DNA of 64,000 bases from Dehalococcoidia bacterium (lineage in GTDB: Bacteria > Chloroflexota > Dehalococcoidia > SM23-28-2 > RBG-16-64-32). The stretch covers positions 15,003-79,002 of the forward strand of contig JBBDNA010000009.1 in NCBI GenBank assembly GCA_040877915.1. The letters are read 5' to 3'. Positions 8,491 to 18,296 of the stretch are shown here, one piece after another (the first letter of the stretch is position 1; the number at the start of each line of letters is the position of its first letter). A program made the position numbers and the translations under genes. Below the pieces are notes generated by a model, which saw nothing but the letters and a program-made list of their open reading frames with translations, ran no database searches and was not told the DNA's origin.

Positions 8491-11205
8491 TCATGCCGTC
8501 TGCACGAGTACCCGTGCGTCGACGACGACGCAGCCATGGCCAGGGGCAAGCGCCTTGACCGGGTTCAAGTCCATCTCGCGGATCTCCGGGACCGCTTCCA
8601 CCAGGGCGGACACTCGTAGCAACATCTCCTCGATGGCGGCGATGTCGCCGGGGTCGGCGCCGCGCCAGCCCTCGAGCAGGGGGTAGGCCTTCACCGATCG
8701 CACCATCTCGCGGGCGTCGACGTCGGTCAGGGGCTGGATCCGGAACGCGAGATCCTGAAGCAGCTCCACGAACGTGCCGCCCAGCCCGAACATCATCAGC
8801 GGCCCGAAGGCGGGGTCCTGGGTCACACCGATGATGACCTCTACTCCGTCTGGAACCATCTGCTGGACGATGACGCCTTCCATTTCCGCGCGCCTGTCCA
8901 GCGCCGCGAGCCGAGACTCTATCGCGCGGAAGGCTTCGCGCACCCCCTTCTGCGACTTCAGGTCCAGGTGCACGCCCCCGATGTCCGACTTGTGGGTGAT
9001 CGTTGAAGACGCGAGCTTCACGGCCGCGGGGAACCCCACGCGCTTCGCCGCCTCCACCGCCGCTTGCGCTGTCGTCGCGAACTCCGCTCGCGCTGACCGT
9101 ATCCCGAACGCCGCAAGCAGCTCGTTGCAGTCGCCGGGAGAGAGCCAGGCCGGCTGCCCGCCGGCGGCCGCCAGCGCCCGGGCGATGACGGCCCTGCCCG
9201 TCTCGCGGTCCAGCCGATCGAGAACCGGGAGCGCTCCCTGGGGCCGCTTCAGCCAGGCCGTGTACTCGCTCATCTTCGCCAGGGCCATGGCCGCGCCTTC
9301 CGGAAACGCGAACGAGGGCACCGTTGTCTCCCCGCCCGAAAGCTCCGCCGGGGCGCCCTGCGCGGTCATGAAGCAGGCCAGCAGCGGCTTCCGCCTGCCC
9401 TGCTCTCGCGCCGCCCGGTGAATCGCCTCCGCCACGGGCCGCGGCTGCGTCACCAGCGGCGGCGTGAAGATCACGATGACCGCGTCAGTCGTGCCGTCGC
9501 TCAACAGTATGCGGAGGGCCCGCGCGTAGTCCTCTGCCGTCGCCGCCGCCAGCATGTCGACGGGATTCGTCAAGGCGGCCGTCGGCGGCAGGAACGCCCG
9601 CAGAGCGCTCACGGTGTCTTCGGGAAGGGGCGGCACCTCCAGGCCGTTACTCTCGCAGGTGTCCGCCGCGAGGATCGCCGGTCCGCCGGAGTTCGTGAGT
9701 ATGGCGACTCTGCTGCCCGCCGGGGGAGGCTGGTGCGAAAGGAGGCCTGCCACGTCGAACAGCTGCTCCAGCGTGTCGGTGCGGATTACGCCGGCCTGCC
9801 TGAACAGCGCCTCCGCGGCCACGTCGGCGGTGGCCAGGGCGCCCGTGTGCGAGGCCGCGGCCCGCGACCCCGCCGCCGTTCGGCCGCTCTTCACGGCGAC
9901 GATCGGCTTCCTCGCCGTTATCTGCCGTGCCAGGCGCCCAAACTTTCGCGGATTCCCGAAGGACTCCAGGTAGAGCAGGATGACGTCCGTGCCCTCGTCT
10001 TCGGCCCAGTACTGGATCAGGTCGTTGGAGGAGACGTCGGCCCTGTTCCCGACGCTGGCGAAGGTCGAGAGCCCCAGATTGAGCTTCCCTGCGTAGTCCA
10101 GCAGCGCCAGGCCCAGAGCGCCGCTGTGTGAGGCCAGGGCTACGTTTCCCCGGGGCGGGAATTGCGGCGAGAAGGTAGCGTTTAGAGATACCTCCGGGTC
10201 AGTGTTCAGCACCCCCATGCAGTTCGGCCCAACGAGGCGCATACCGTAGCTGCGGGCCTTGGCCAGCAGCGCCCTCTCCCTCTCCGCACCGTCCTCTCCG
10301 GTCTCCCGGAAGCCAGCCGAGATCACAACCGCTCCCTTCACCCCCTTGCGCGCGCACTGCTCCGCAACCTCCAGCACCTTCTCCGCCGGGACGACGATGA
10401 TAGCCAGCTCCACTTCGCCCGGCACGTCAGCGATCGAGGCATAGGCCTTCACTCCCCGCACGGTCTCGGCGGAGGGGTTCACGGGGTAGACGATCCCTTT
10501 GTAACCGTGCTCGACGATGTTATTGAAGATCTCCGCGCCTATCTTCCCCCTCCGCCGCGAGGCGCCGATCACAGCCACGCTCCTGGGGCGGAAAAACGTC
10601 GCGATGGACGCCACCTCCGCGATGCGCTCGCGCTCCTCCGCCCTTCGCTCCGCCTCCGCCGTCGGTTCAATCGGGAAGGCCACGTGGTAGGTCCCGAACT
10701 CGAACTTCGTCTCCAGCGGGAAGCCGCTGTCCCGGAACACGCTCATCATCGCCCGGTTCTCGGCCAGGACGTCGCCTTCGAAGGTCTCGATCCCGTTCTC
10801 GCGGGCGACGACGGCCAGGCTCTCCAGCAACTGCGTCGCGATGCCGCGGCCCTGGTGGCTATCCTCTACCACGAACGCTATTCCCGCCCGCTTCCGGTCC
10901 TCCAGGCGCACGTACCGGGCTACCGCTATGATCTTCTCGTCCACGGCCTCCCCCAGCGTGGCCACCAGGGCGTACGTGTTCGTGTAGTCGACGTCGGTGT
11001 ACTCTCGTGCTTCCTCAGGCCCGAAGCGGGACACCATATGGTGGAAGCGCAGGTAGACGGAGCGCGGGCTGAGCCGCGTGAACCCTGCCACGAGGGCGTC
11101 CACGTCCTCCGGCTTGATGGGGCGCAGATGGACCGTGGAGCCGTCCTTGAGTAGGACGTCCGTCTCGTGTTTGGCGGTACGGACAGGCGTACGGGGTTCG
11201 TCCAT
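8491..11205 (-). CDS. GNAT acetyltransferase fused to an ADP-forming acyl-CoA synthetase-like module (Pat-type protein acetyltransferase / acetyl-CoA synthetase, GNAT N-terminal)
   Basis: This is only the last 904 codons of the 2337-aa track ORF. It contains a GNAT block (IAFVVEDSHQGRGIATQLLESL), a CoA-binding block (RSVAVIGASRRRGKIG), a ligase-CoA block with SHTGALA (His retained) and a C-terminal ATP-grasp. The start is ATG 11205 (MDEPRTPV). Confidence 0.85.
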   Translation of the reverse strand: MDEPRTPVRTAKHETDVLLKDGSTVHLRPIKPEDVDALVAGFTRLSPRSVYLRFHHMVSRFGPEEAREYTDVDYTNTYALVATLGEAVDEKIIAVARYVRLEDRKRAGIAFVVEDSHQGRGIATQLLESLAVVARENGIETFEGDVLAENRAMMSVFRDSGFPLETKFEFGTYHVAFPIEPTAEAERRAEERERIAEVASIATFFRPRSVAVIGASRRRGKIGAEIFNNIVEHGYKGIVYPVNPSAETVRGVKAYASIADVPGEVELAIIVVPAEKVLEVAEQCARKGVKGAVVISAGFRETGEDGAERERALLAKARSYGMRLVGPNCMGVLNTDPEVSLNATFSPQFPPRGNVALASHSGALGLALLDYAGKLNLGLSTFASVGNRADVSSNDLIQYWAEDEGTDVILLYLESFGNPRKFGRLARQITARKPIVAVKSGRTAAGSRAAASHTGALATADVAAEALFRQAGVIRTDTLEQLFDVAGLLSHQPPPAGSRVAILTNSGGPAILAADTCESNGLEVPPLPEDTVSALRAFLPPTAALTNPVDMLAAATAEDYARALRILLSDGTTDAVIVIFTPPLVTQPRPVAEAIHRAAREQGRRKPLLACFMTAQGAPAELSGGETTVPSFAFPEGAAMALAKMSEYTAWLKRPQGALPVLDRLDRETGRAVIARALAAAGGQPAWLSPGDCNELLAAFGIRSARAEFATTAQAAVEAAKRVGFPAAVKLASSTITHKSDIGGVHLDLKSQKGVREAFRAIESRLAALDRRAEMEGVIVQQMVPDGVEVIIGVTQDPAFGPLMMFGLGGTFVELLQDLAFRIQPLTDVDAREMVRSVKAYPLLEGWRGADPGDIAAIEEMLLRVSALVEAVPEIREMDLNPVKALAPGHGCVVVDARVLVQTA

Positions 11206-11280
11206 CGCGCTTCTGGGACAGTTTACCAAGCAGCAGGAGCGGGGAGCGAGGCTGGACCGGTGTCGCCGGACACCGCCACG

Positions 11281-11310
11281 TTGACCGCGCCGAATGGCGA
11301 GGCTTAGAAT
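11281..11310 (+). promoter_or_regulatory. Candidate sigma70-type promoter of the sulfatase-FGE operon
   Basis: TTGACC (11281-86), an 18-nt spacer, then TAGAAT (11305-10), 66 nt upstream of ATG 11377. The perfect palindrome GGTGTC-GCCG-GACACC lies immediately upstream. Confidence 0.4.
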
Positions 11311-11376
11311 CGTCCTGCGTTCGAAATGCCCCGCCCCTCGGTTTCGGGCGCAATTTCCCCGCCTGGAGGAGCAGCC

Positions 11377-13677
11377 ATGCCACAGCAGTTCAAAGGCGTG
11401 ATCGGGCGCTACGCCAGCGAGTCGACGCCCTGGTGGCCGGAGCCCGTTCGGGCCCGCGAGGGCTCGCCCAACATCGTCTATATCGTCCTGGACGACGTGG
11501 GTTACGGCCAGCTCAGCTGCTACGGCGGCCTCTGCGAGACCCCGAACCTCGACCGGCTGGCCAGCAACGGCATCCGCTACAGCAACTTCCACACCACCGC
11601 TCTCTGCTCGCCCACTCGCGCCTGCCTGCTCACCGGACGCAACCACCACTCCAACGGGATGGCCAGCATCGTGGAGGTAGCCTCCGGCTTCCCCGGCTAC
11701 ACGGCCGAGATCCCCTTCGAGAACGGATTCCTCCCCGAGATGCTGACGCCTCTCGGCTACGCCGCCTACGCGGTCGGCAAGTGGCACCTGACGCCGCACC
11801 CGGAGATGAACATGGCGGCCCGCAAGGACCGCTGGCCGCTGGGCCGCGGCTTCGAACGCTATTACGGCTTCATGGGCGGCGATACGAACCACTGGGAGCC
11901 GGAGCTGGTGTACGACAACCACCAGATCGAGCCGCCGCGGACCCCCGAGGACGGCTATCACCTGACCGAGGACCTGGCCGGCAAGGCGATGGAGTTCGTC
12001 ACCGACCTGAAGAACGTGGCGCCGGACAAGCCCTTCTTCCTCTACTTCTGCACCGGCGCCGGCCACGCCCCCCACCACGCCCCCCGCGAGTGGATCGAGA
12101 AGTACCGGGGCAAGTTCGATATGGGTTGGGACCGCGCGCGAGAGATGGTCTTCGAGCGCCAGAAAGAGATGGGCGTCCTGCCGCCGGACACGGAGCTGAC
12201 ACTGCGGCCCCACTGGATTCAGCCCTGGGACGAGCTGTCCGGCGACGAGAAGCGCCTGTACTCCCGCATGATGGAGGTGTACGCCGGGTTCATGTCGCAC
12301 ACCGACCACCACATCGGGCGGCTGATCGACTTCCTGGAGTCCATCGGCGAGCTGGACAACACTCTCATCGTCGCCATTTCCGACAACGGCGCCAGCGCCG
12401 AGGGCGGCCCCCACGGCTCGCTGAACGAGGCGATGTTCTTCAACCGCGTGCCGGAAACCGTGGAGGACAACCTGGCGCGCATGGACGAGCTGGGCAGTCC
12501 CTCCACGTTCAACCACTACCCGTTCGGATGGGCCTGGGCCGGCAACACGCCTTTCCAGCGCTGGAAGCGCGAGGTCCACGAGGGCGGCGTGGCCGACCCC
12601 TGCATCGTCCACTGGCCGAAGGGGATCGAGGCCCGCGGCGAGGTCCGGCAGCAATACGTCCACGCCATCGACATCACGCCGACGGTCCTGGACATCCTCG
12701 GCGTCGAACCGCCGCAGCAGATCAGGGGCGTGTCGCAATCGCCGCTGCACGGGGCCAGCTTCGCCGGGACGCTCTCGGACCCCGCCGCTTCCAGCGCCCG
12801 CCGGACCCAGTACTACGAGATGCTGGGCAACCGCGCCATCTACCACCAGGGCTGGAAGGCCGTCACCTACCACGGCACCGAGGGCATGATCTACGACGGC
12901 GTCACCGATCCGTACAAGAGCTTCGAGGATGATGAGTGGGAGCTCTACCACGTGGACCAGGACTTCTCCGAGGCGAACGACCTGGCTCGCGAGCACCCGG
13001 AGAAGCTGCGCGAGCTGCAGGAGCTGTGGTGGATCGAGGCGGCCAGATACAACGTCCTGCCGATCAACGCCCGCACGCTGGGGCGTCTGGCCGGCCGGCC
13101 GCACATCGGCGGAAAGCGGCATCGCTTCGTCTACTACGCCGGCGGCGCGGCGATCGAGATGGCGGCCGCTGCCAACACCAAGAACCGCCACCATTCCATC
13201 ACCGCGGAGGTGGTGATCCCGGAGGCCGGCGCGGAGGGCATCCTGCTGGCCACCGGCGGCCGCTTCGGAGGCTTCGCCCTGTACGTCAAGGACGGCAGGC
13301 TCTGCTACGCCTACAACTTCCTCGGCAGCAAGACATTCCACGTCGTCTCCGGCGACCCGATACCGGCCGGCCCCCACACCCTGGCCCTCTCCTTCCAGAA
13401 GACCGGGCCCGGAATGCTGGGCGCCGGCGGCATCGCGCGGCTCTACCTGGACGGCCAGCTCAGCGGCGAAGGCGAGGTCTCCCGCACGATACCGTTCTTC
13501 GCCGGGCTCGCCGAGCGCCTTCACTGCGGCCGCCAGGAGGGCTCCCCCGTTTGCGAGCACTACGAGCCGCCGTTCGAGTTCACCGGCACCCTGAAACGCG
13601 TCGTCGTCGACGTCAGCGGCCACGAACCGCCGCGCGACCTGGAGCAGGAGGCCGAGATCGGCCTGGCCCGCCAGTAG
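11377..13677 (+). CDS. arylsulfatase (formylglycine-dependent) with C-terminal LamG/ConA-like domain
   Basis: N-terminal IVLDDVGYGQLSCYGG and the FGly motif CSPTRACLLTGR (CxPxR). A GGAGGA RBS precedes ATG 11377. Confidence 0.9.
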   Translation: MPQQFKGVIGRYASESTPWWPEPVRAREGSPNIVYIVLDDVGYGQLSCYGGLCETPNLDRLASNGIRYSNFHTTALCSPTRACLLTGRNHHSNGMASIVEVASGFPGYTAEIPFENGFLPEMLTPLGYAAYAVGKWHLTPHPEMNMAARKDRWPLGRGFERYYGFMGGDTNHWEPELVYDNHQIEPPRTPEDGYHLTEDLAGKAMEFVTDLKNVAPDKPFFLYFCTGAGHAPHHAPREWIEKYRGKFDMGWDRAREMVFERQKEMGVLPPDTELTLRPHWIQPWDELSGDEKRLYSRMMEVYAGFMSHTDHHIGRLIDFLESIGELDNTLIVAISDNGASAEGGPHGSLNEAMFFNRVPETVEDNLARMDELGSPSTFNHYPFGWAWAGNTPFQRWKREVHEGGVADPCIVHWPKGIEARGEVRQQYVHAIDITPTVLDILGVEPPQQIRGVSQSPLHGASFAGTLSDPAASSARRTQYYEMLGNRAIYHQGWKAVTYHGTEGMIYDGVTDPYKSFEDDEWELYHVDQDFSEANDLAREHPEKLRELQELWWIEAARYNVLPINARTLGRLAGRPHIGGKRHRFVYYAGGAAIEMAAAANTKNRHHSITAEVVIPEAGAEGILLATGGRFGGFALYVKDGRLCYAYNFLGSKTFHVVSGDPIPAGPHTLALSFQKTGPGMLGAGGIARLYLDGQLSGEGEVSRTIPFFAGLAERLHCGRQEGSPVCEHYEPPFEFTGTLKRVVVDVSGHEPPRDLEQEAEIGLARQ

Positions 13678-13686
13678 CGGCGCGCC

Positions 13687-14637
13687 ATGGATGAGCAGGC
13701 CGAACCGGAGGCGCCCTGCTGCGCCCCCTCCGGCGGCACCCGCAGCGAGGCGGCGCCGGCCACGCCAGGTCGCGGCGCCGGCTCGCCTCACGTGGACATG
13801 GTCCGCCTGCCCGGCGGCGAGTTCCTCATGGGGAACGACGACGGCCTCGCCTACCCCTCGGACGGCGAGGCGCCGGTCCACGCGGTTATAGTCGCGCCGT
13901 TCTGGATCGACCCAACGGCGGTGACCAACGCCCGCTTCTCGGCCTTCGTCGAGGCGACCGGCTACCAGACCGGCGCCGAGCGATTGGGCTGGACCTTCGT
14001 CTTCGCCGGGCTGCTCCCGGACGACTTTCCGGACACGCGCGGCGTGGCGGCGGCGCCCTGGTGGCGTCAGGTGCACGCCGCCGACTGGCGTCACCCGGAA
14101 GGGCCGCAATCGCTCGTCGCGGAGCGCATGGACCATCCCGTAGTGCACGTCTCCTGGCGCGACGCGTCCGCTTACTGCGCCTGGGCGGGCCTGCGCCTGC
14201 CCAGCGAGGCCGAGTGGGAGTACGCGGCGCGGGGCGGCCTGGTCCAGAAGCGCTACCCCTGGGGAGACGAGCTCTCGCCCGGCGGCCGGCACATGTGCAA
14301 CGTCTGGCAGGGGGAGTTCCCCCGCCAGAACACCCAGGACGACGGCTACTACGGCACAGCGCCGGCGCGCTCCTTCGATCCGAACGGGTTCGGGCTGTAC
14401 AACGTCAGCGGCAACGCCTGGGAGTGGTGCGCCGACTGGTTCAGCCCGACGTACTATCGAGAGTCGCCGGCCGGCGATCCTCGCGGCCCGTCTGGCGGTA
14501 CGGCCCGCGTGATCCGCGGCGGCTCCTACCTCTGCCACGACTCCTACTGCTTCCGTTACAGGGTCGCCGCTCGCAGCGCCAACACGCCGGACAGCTCCAC
14601 CGGCAACACTGGCTTCCGCTGCGCCCGCGACGCGTGA
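13687..14637 (+). CDS. formylglycine-generating enzyme (SUMF1/FGE family)
   Basis: Blocks HPVVHVSWRDASAYCAWAG, LPSEAEWEYAARGG and RVIRGGSYLCHDSYCFRYRVAARS, which carries the catalytic Cys pair. It lies directly downstream of the sulfatase. Confidence 0.9.
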   Translation: MDEQAEPEAPCCAPSGGTRSEAAPATPGRGAGSPHVDMVRLPGGEFLMGNDDGLAYPSDGEAPVHAVIVAPFWIDPTAVTNARFSAFVEATGYQTGAERLGWTFVFAGLLPDDFPDTRGVAAAPWWRQVHAADWRHPEGPQSLVAERMDHPVVHVSWRDASAYCAWAGLRLPSEAEWEYAARGGLVQKRYPWGDELSPGGRHMCNVWQGEFPRQNTQDDGYYGTAPARSFDPNGFGLYNVSGNAWEWCADWFSPTYYRESPAGDPRGPSGGTARVIRGGSYLCHDSYCFRYRVAARSANTPDSSTGNTGFRCARDA

Positions 14638-14755
14638 CCGCGACGATTTCCGGCGAACCGGCCTACGCGCTGGCGGATGCGGTACGGCTGCTCCATAATT
14701 AGTGGCCGAGATCAACGTTGCATCTAGCTGGACACGCATCCGGGAGGTATACGGC

Positions 14756-15574
14756 ATGGCGAAGCGGATTCTGGTTACGGGGGCGGCAACGGGCTTCGGG
14801 AGGGCGACGGCGCTGGCGCTGGCGAAGCGCGGGCACACAGTGATCGCGGGCGTACAGATCGCGCCGCAGATGACAGAGCTGATGAAGGCTGCCGCTGAGG
14901 CCGCTGTGCAGCTGAAAATCCAGGTGCTGGACATCACGGACGAGGGGGACCGGCAGGCGGCGTTGACCAACGAGGTAGACGTGCTGATCAACAACGCCGG
15001 CGTGATGGAGACGGGGCCGGTGGCCGAGATCCCGATGGAGAGGGTGCGCCGCAACTTCGAGACGAACGTGTTCGGGACGCTGGCGCTCACGCAGGCCTTC
15101 GCGCGGCAGATGGTGAAGCGAGGGTCCGGGAAGATCGTGATGGTGACGTCCATGGGCGGCCTGGTCACGGTGCCGTTCGCGGGCGTGTACTGCGCGACCA
15201 AGCACGCGCTGGAGGCACTGGCGGAAGGGTTGAAGGCGGAGCTTGCCGGTACCGGCGTGGAAGTGTGCACGGCGAACCCGGGCGTGTACGGCACGGGCTT
15301 CAACGATCGGGGAGCGGAAACGATGATGCGGTGGTTCGACATGGGGAATTCACTGACGCGGCCTGAGGTGCTCGCCGCGGCGGCGACGGGGCTGGCCAAC
15401 CAGCTCGACCCGCAGTCGATGGTCGATGCCTTCGTCCGGATCGCCGAGGAGGACGGGTCGAAGTTCCGGAACGTCGTGCCGGACGGGACGGCGGAGTGGA
15501 TCAAGGAGATCCAGGCGAAGACGTGGGCCGCCGGTAAGGACGATGCGATCTGGAGCTCGCCGCCGGCGGGTTAA
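14756..15574 (+). CDS. SDR family oxidoreductase
   Basis: TGAATGFGRATA (TGxxxGxG), NNAG and YCATK (YxxxK). A GGGAGG RBS precedes ATG 14756. Confidence 0.85.
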   Translation: MAKRILVTGAATGFGRATALALAKRGHTVIAGVQIAPQMTELMKAAAEAAVQLKIQVLDITDEGDRQAALTNEVDVLINNAGVMETGPVAEIPMERVRRNFETNVFGTLALTQAFARQMVKRGSGKIVMVTSMGGLVTVPFAGVYCATKHALEALAEGLKAELAGTGVEVCTANPGVYGTGFNDRGAETMMRWFDMGNSLTRPEVLAAAATGLANQLDPQSMVDAFVRIAEEDGSKFRNVVPDGTAEWIKEIQAKTWAAGKDDAIWSSPPAG

Positions 15575-15620
15575 GCGGCGCGCCCCGCCCCGGCGCCGGG
15601 CGAGACCCCGGGACGGCAGC

Positions 15621-17009
15621 CTACGGCGTGCGGCCGTAGCGCTGGACGGCTTCGATGACGCGCTGGTTCGTGGCCGGCGAGTTCGAGAGGTTGTAGTCGT
15701 CCATGAACGACCAGCCGAAGAGCCCCAGGTCCGTCATCTCCTCCAGGTAGCTGTCGGTCAGCATCGCCAGCGTGTCGGCGTCGAACGTGGCCTGGGAGGA
15801 GTTGTCGGGTTTGTAGTGGGCCAGGAGGACCGGGCCGTACTGCCCCAGTATCTGGGTCATCATCCGCACCTCCTCCACGTTGCCGGAGCTCTCCATGGCC
15901 TGGAAGCTCTGGAAGTCCATCGCGGCCATGACGTCGGCGAAGTGGGAGAAGAGGGACATCCCGCCGCCGACCGAGGGGTCGTCCCAGCGCCACTGCCAGC
16001 CTCCCCAGCCGATGCTTACCTGGGAGTTGGGCGCGTTCTCGTGGAAGATATCGCGGATCTGGAGCATACGCTGCTTCAGGATCGTGTGGTAGGAGGACGC
16101 TCCCGACCACTGGTTGCCGGTGCAGGGGTAAGTCTGGAACTCCGTGAACAAGGTCACGTACAACGGCGGGTCGGACGCGGTACCGGCCCAGATCTGGGCC
16201 AGCCGCTCCATATCGTCGAGGATGCCGCTGCTGATCGGGTACTGCCGGCCGCAGGGCGAGCCGCTGCCGGGGCCGTGGGCGTAGATGATCAGGTGGAGCG
16301 CGTAGCCCTCCTCGTAGGCCGAGGGGATGAGGCCGTTCTCCCAGTACGTCATCCAGTCCAGGTCGCTGGCGCTGCTGTACCAGCTCGACAGCATCCACGT
16401 CGGCGATTGGTTCACGAGGTCTGTGTCGAGGGCGCCCTGGGCGGCGGGACCCATACCGAAAAGCAGCTGCGGCGTCGTTGAGGCTATCGGCGTTGGCGTA
16501 GGCGTCGGCGCCGGAGTCGGTGCTGGAGGCGGCGTCGGCGTCGGGGTCGGTGTTGGCGGAGGCGGAGGTGGGGGCGGGGGCTGGCAGACGGCGCCGTAGC
16601 GTGGCCTCACCAGGACGAGGTCGGCGATGCTAATCGCTCCGTCCGTGGAGAGATCGAAGCGACGGTCGTAGGCGCTGTCGCCGTCCCTCGATCCGTAGGC
16701 CGAGCGGAACCGGGCGACGTCCTGGACCGTCACCCTCGTGTCGTCGTTAACATCGGGCGGCCAAGCGTCGATTGGCTCGTCGTTGAGGCCTGTCGTGTCG
16801 TTGCAGGCGCGGTCCGGGTCGGTGCCGATGAACGTCTCGGTGGCGTCGCTGAAGCCGTCGCCATCGGCGTCCGCCGCTGCGGAGGCGTGGCTCCGCGCGC
16901 CGAGGACGAGCAGCAGCGCGAGGACGGCGAGCGGCAGCAACGGTAGCACGAGCTGACTGCGCGCCGAACCGGAGGTTCGGGCCGGGTTGGGGCTGCTGGA
17001 TACGGCCAT
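15621..17009 (-). CDS. secreted protein: signal peptide, Ca-binding dockerin/thrombospondin-3-like repeats, Pro/Thr linker, C-terminal glycoside-hydrolase-like (TIM-barrel-like) domain
   Basis: N-terminal hydrophobic signal. Repeats DADGDGFSDATE and DVNDDTRVTVQDVARF / STDGAISIADLVLV. Linker PPPPPPPPPTPTPTPTPPPAPTPAPTPTPTP. The C-terminal ~300 aa contains TLFTEFQTY-type blocks. The function is not identified. Confidence 0.6.
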   Translation of the reverse strand: MAVSSSPNPARTSGSARSQLVLPLLPLAVLALLLVLGARSHASAAADADGDGFSDATETFIGTDPDRACNDTTGLNDEPIDAWPPDVNDDTRVTVQDVARFRSAYGSRDGDSAYDRRFDLSTDGAISIADLVLVRPRYGAVCQPPPPPPPPPTPTPTPTPPPAPTPAPTPTPTPIASTTPQLLFGMGPAAQGALDTDLVNQSPTWMLSSWYSSASDLDWMTYWENGLIPSAYEEGYALHLIIYAHGPGSGSPCGRQYPISSGILDDMERLAQIWAGTASDPPLYVTLFTEFQTYPCTGNQWSGASSYHTILKQRMLQIRDIFHENAPNSQVSIGWGGWQWRWDDPSVGGGMSLFSHFADVMAAMDFQSFQAMESSGNVEEVRMMTQILGQYGPVLLAHYKPDNSSQATFDADTLAMLTDSYLEEMTDLGLFGWSFMDDYNLSNSPATNQRVIEAVQRYGRTP

Positions 17010-17160
17010 TGGGAAGGACGCGGCCTCCTCTCTTCTGCCAGAGATAGAGACGCCTCGTTCTCCCCGCGGTTACGTGGCCGCTGCCGTCGGAAACGCGATG
17101 GCGTAGAATGGGGCCGCTATCGAGACGCGTATCCGGTACGAGCAGGAAGTGAAGAACAAA

Positions 17161-18294
17161 ATGAGCCCACATATCGTCATCTGCGGCGCCGGCTTCGGTG
17201 GTCTGGAGCTCACCGCGCGGCTCTCGGCGGCGTTCGGGCGTGAAATCGACATAACACTGATCGACAAGAACGAAGCATTCGTCTTCGGCTTCTCGAAGTT
17301 CGAGATCATGTTCGGGCGGCAGCGGCGCGAAGATGTGAGCTCGTACTACACCGGGATCGCGAAGGCGGGCGTCGCGTTCAGGCAGGAGCTCATCACGTCG
17401 ATCGATCCTGTCGCCCGCCGGGTCGTGACGGACAAAGGCGCTTACGACGCGGACATACTCGTCGTCGCCCTCGGCGCGGACTACGACGTCAGCGCCACGC
17501 CCGGTTTCGTGGAAGGCGGCCAGGAGTTCTATTCGGTCGACGGCGCGGTCCGATCGAGTGGGGTGCTCCCGAACGTGACTTCGGGAAACGTCATCGTCGC
17601 CGTCGTCAGCGAGCCGTTCAAATGCCCGCCCGCGCCGTGCGAAGCGGCGATGTTGCTGGATGAGTACTTCTCGGGCCGCGGCGTGCGGTCCAGCATCGAT
17701 ATCACCGTCGTGTCGCCGTGGGCTATCCCCATCCCGGCGTCGGGCCCCGCCTCGGAGGCCATCCTCGATCGCTTCCGTGAACGAAACCTGCGCTGGATGC
17801 CGAACCAGGGCGTATCGTCTATCGATCCCGCGACGAAGACTGTGCACCTGCGCGATGGAGGCGCCCTGCCCTACGAGCTCTTTCTCGGCATCCCGGTCCA
17901 TCGCGTTCCCGCCGTGGTCGAAGCATCAGGTCTCGCCGTCGACGGCTGGATCCCGGTCGACAAGGCGAACCTCTCGACGCGGTTCCCGGACGTCTATGCG
18001 ATCGGCGATGTGACCAGCGCGCCGGTGCCCAAGGCCGGCATCTTCGCCGAGAGCGCCGCCCGCGCCGTGGCGGAGCACCTGATCGTGCGTCTGCGCGAAG
18101 CCGGCACAGCGAAGCCGTACGACGGCGCCGGGTCGTGCTTTATCGAGTTTGGAGATCGCCGAGTCGGGCGCGTCGACGTCGATTTTCTGACCGGACCCTC
18201 GGTAGTGGCGCCGTTCACCGAGGCCTCGCTGCAGGGAGCGGAGGAGAAGAGGGAGTTTGCGGCGTCGCGGCGGAGGCTCTGGTTCGAGAGCTGA
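17161..18294 (+). CDS. FAD-dependent pyridine nucleotide-disulfide oxidoreductase (sulfide:quinone oxidoreductase / NDH-2-like)
   Basis: HIVICGAGFGGLE (GxGxxG), a second nucleotide-binding region and AIGDV. The start is ATG 17161 (AGGAAG 12 nt upstream) or GTG 17149. Confidence 0.8.
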   Translation: MSPHIVICGAGFGGLELTARLSAAFGREIDITLIDKNEAFVFGFSKFEIMFGRQRREDVSSYYTGIAKAGVAFRQELITSIDPVARRVVTDKGAYDADILVVALGADYDVSATPGFVEGGQEFYSVDGAVRSSGVLPNVTSGNVIVAVVSEPFKCPPAPCEAAMLLDEYFSGRGVRSSIDITVVSPWAIPIPASGPASEAILDRFRERNLRWMPNQGVSSIDPATKTVHLRDGGALPYELFLGIPVHRVPAVVEASGLAVDGWIPVDKANLSTRFPDVYAIGDVTSAPVPKAGIFAESAARAVAEHLIVRLREAGTAKPYDGAGSCFIEFGDRRVGRVDVDFLTGPSVVAPFTEASLQGAEEKREFAASRRRLWFES

Positions 18295-18296
18295 GC

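Noticed and set aside
8491-15504. 2337-aa ORF on the minus strand, the longest in the track
   Set aside because: Only the 3'-terminal 904 codons (8491-11205) have recognisable domains (GNAT plus an ADP-forming synthetase). The upstream ~1430 codons are Arg/Ala/Gly-rich low-complexity sequence. They run antisense to the sulfatase, FGE and SDR genes, all of which have unambiguous family motifs. This is a typical stop-codon-poor antisense frame in high-GC DNA.
16480-16585. Low-complexity GGCGTCGGC-type repetitive DNA
   Set aside because: It is simply the coding sequence of the Pro/Thr linker (PPPPPPPPPTPTPTPTPPPAPTPAPTPTPTP) of the 15621..17009 protein. It is not an independent repeat element.
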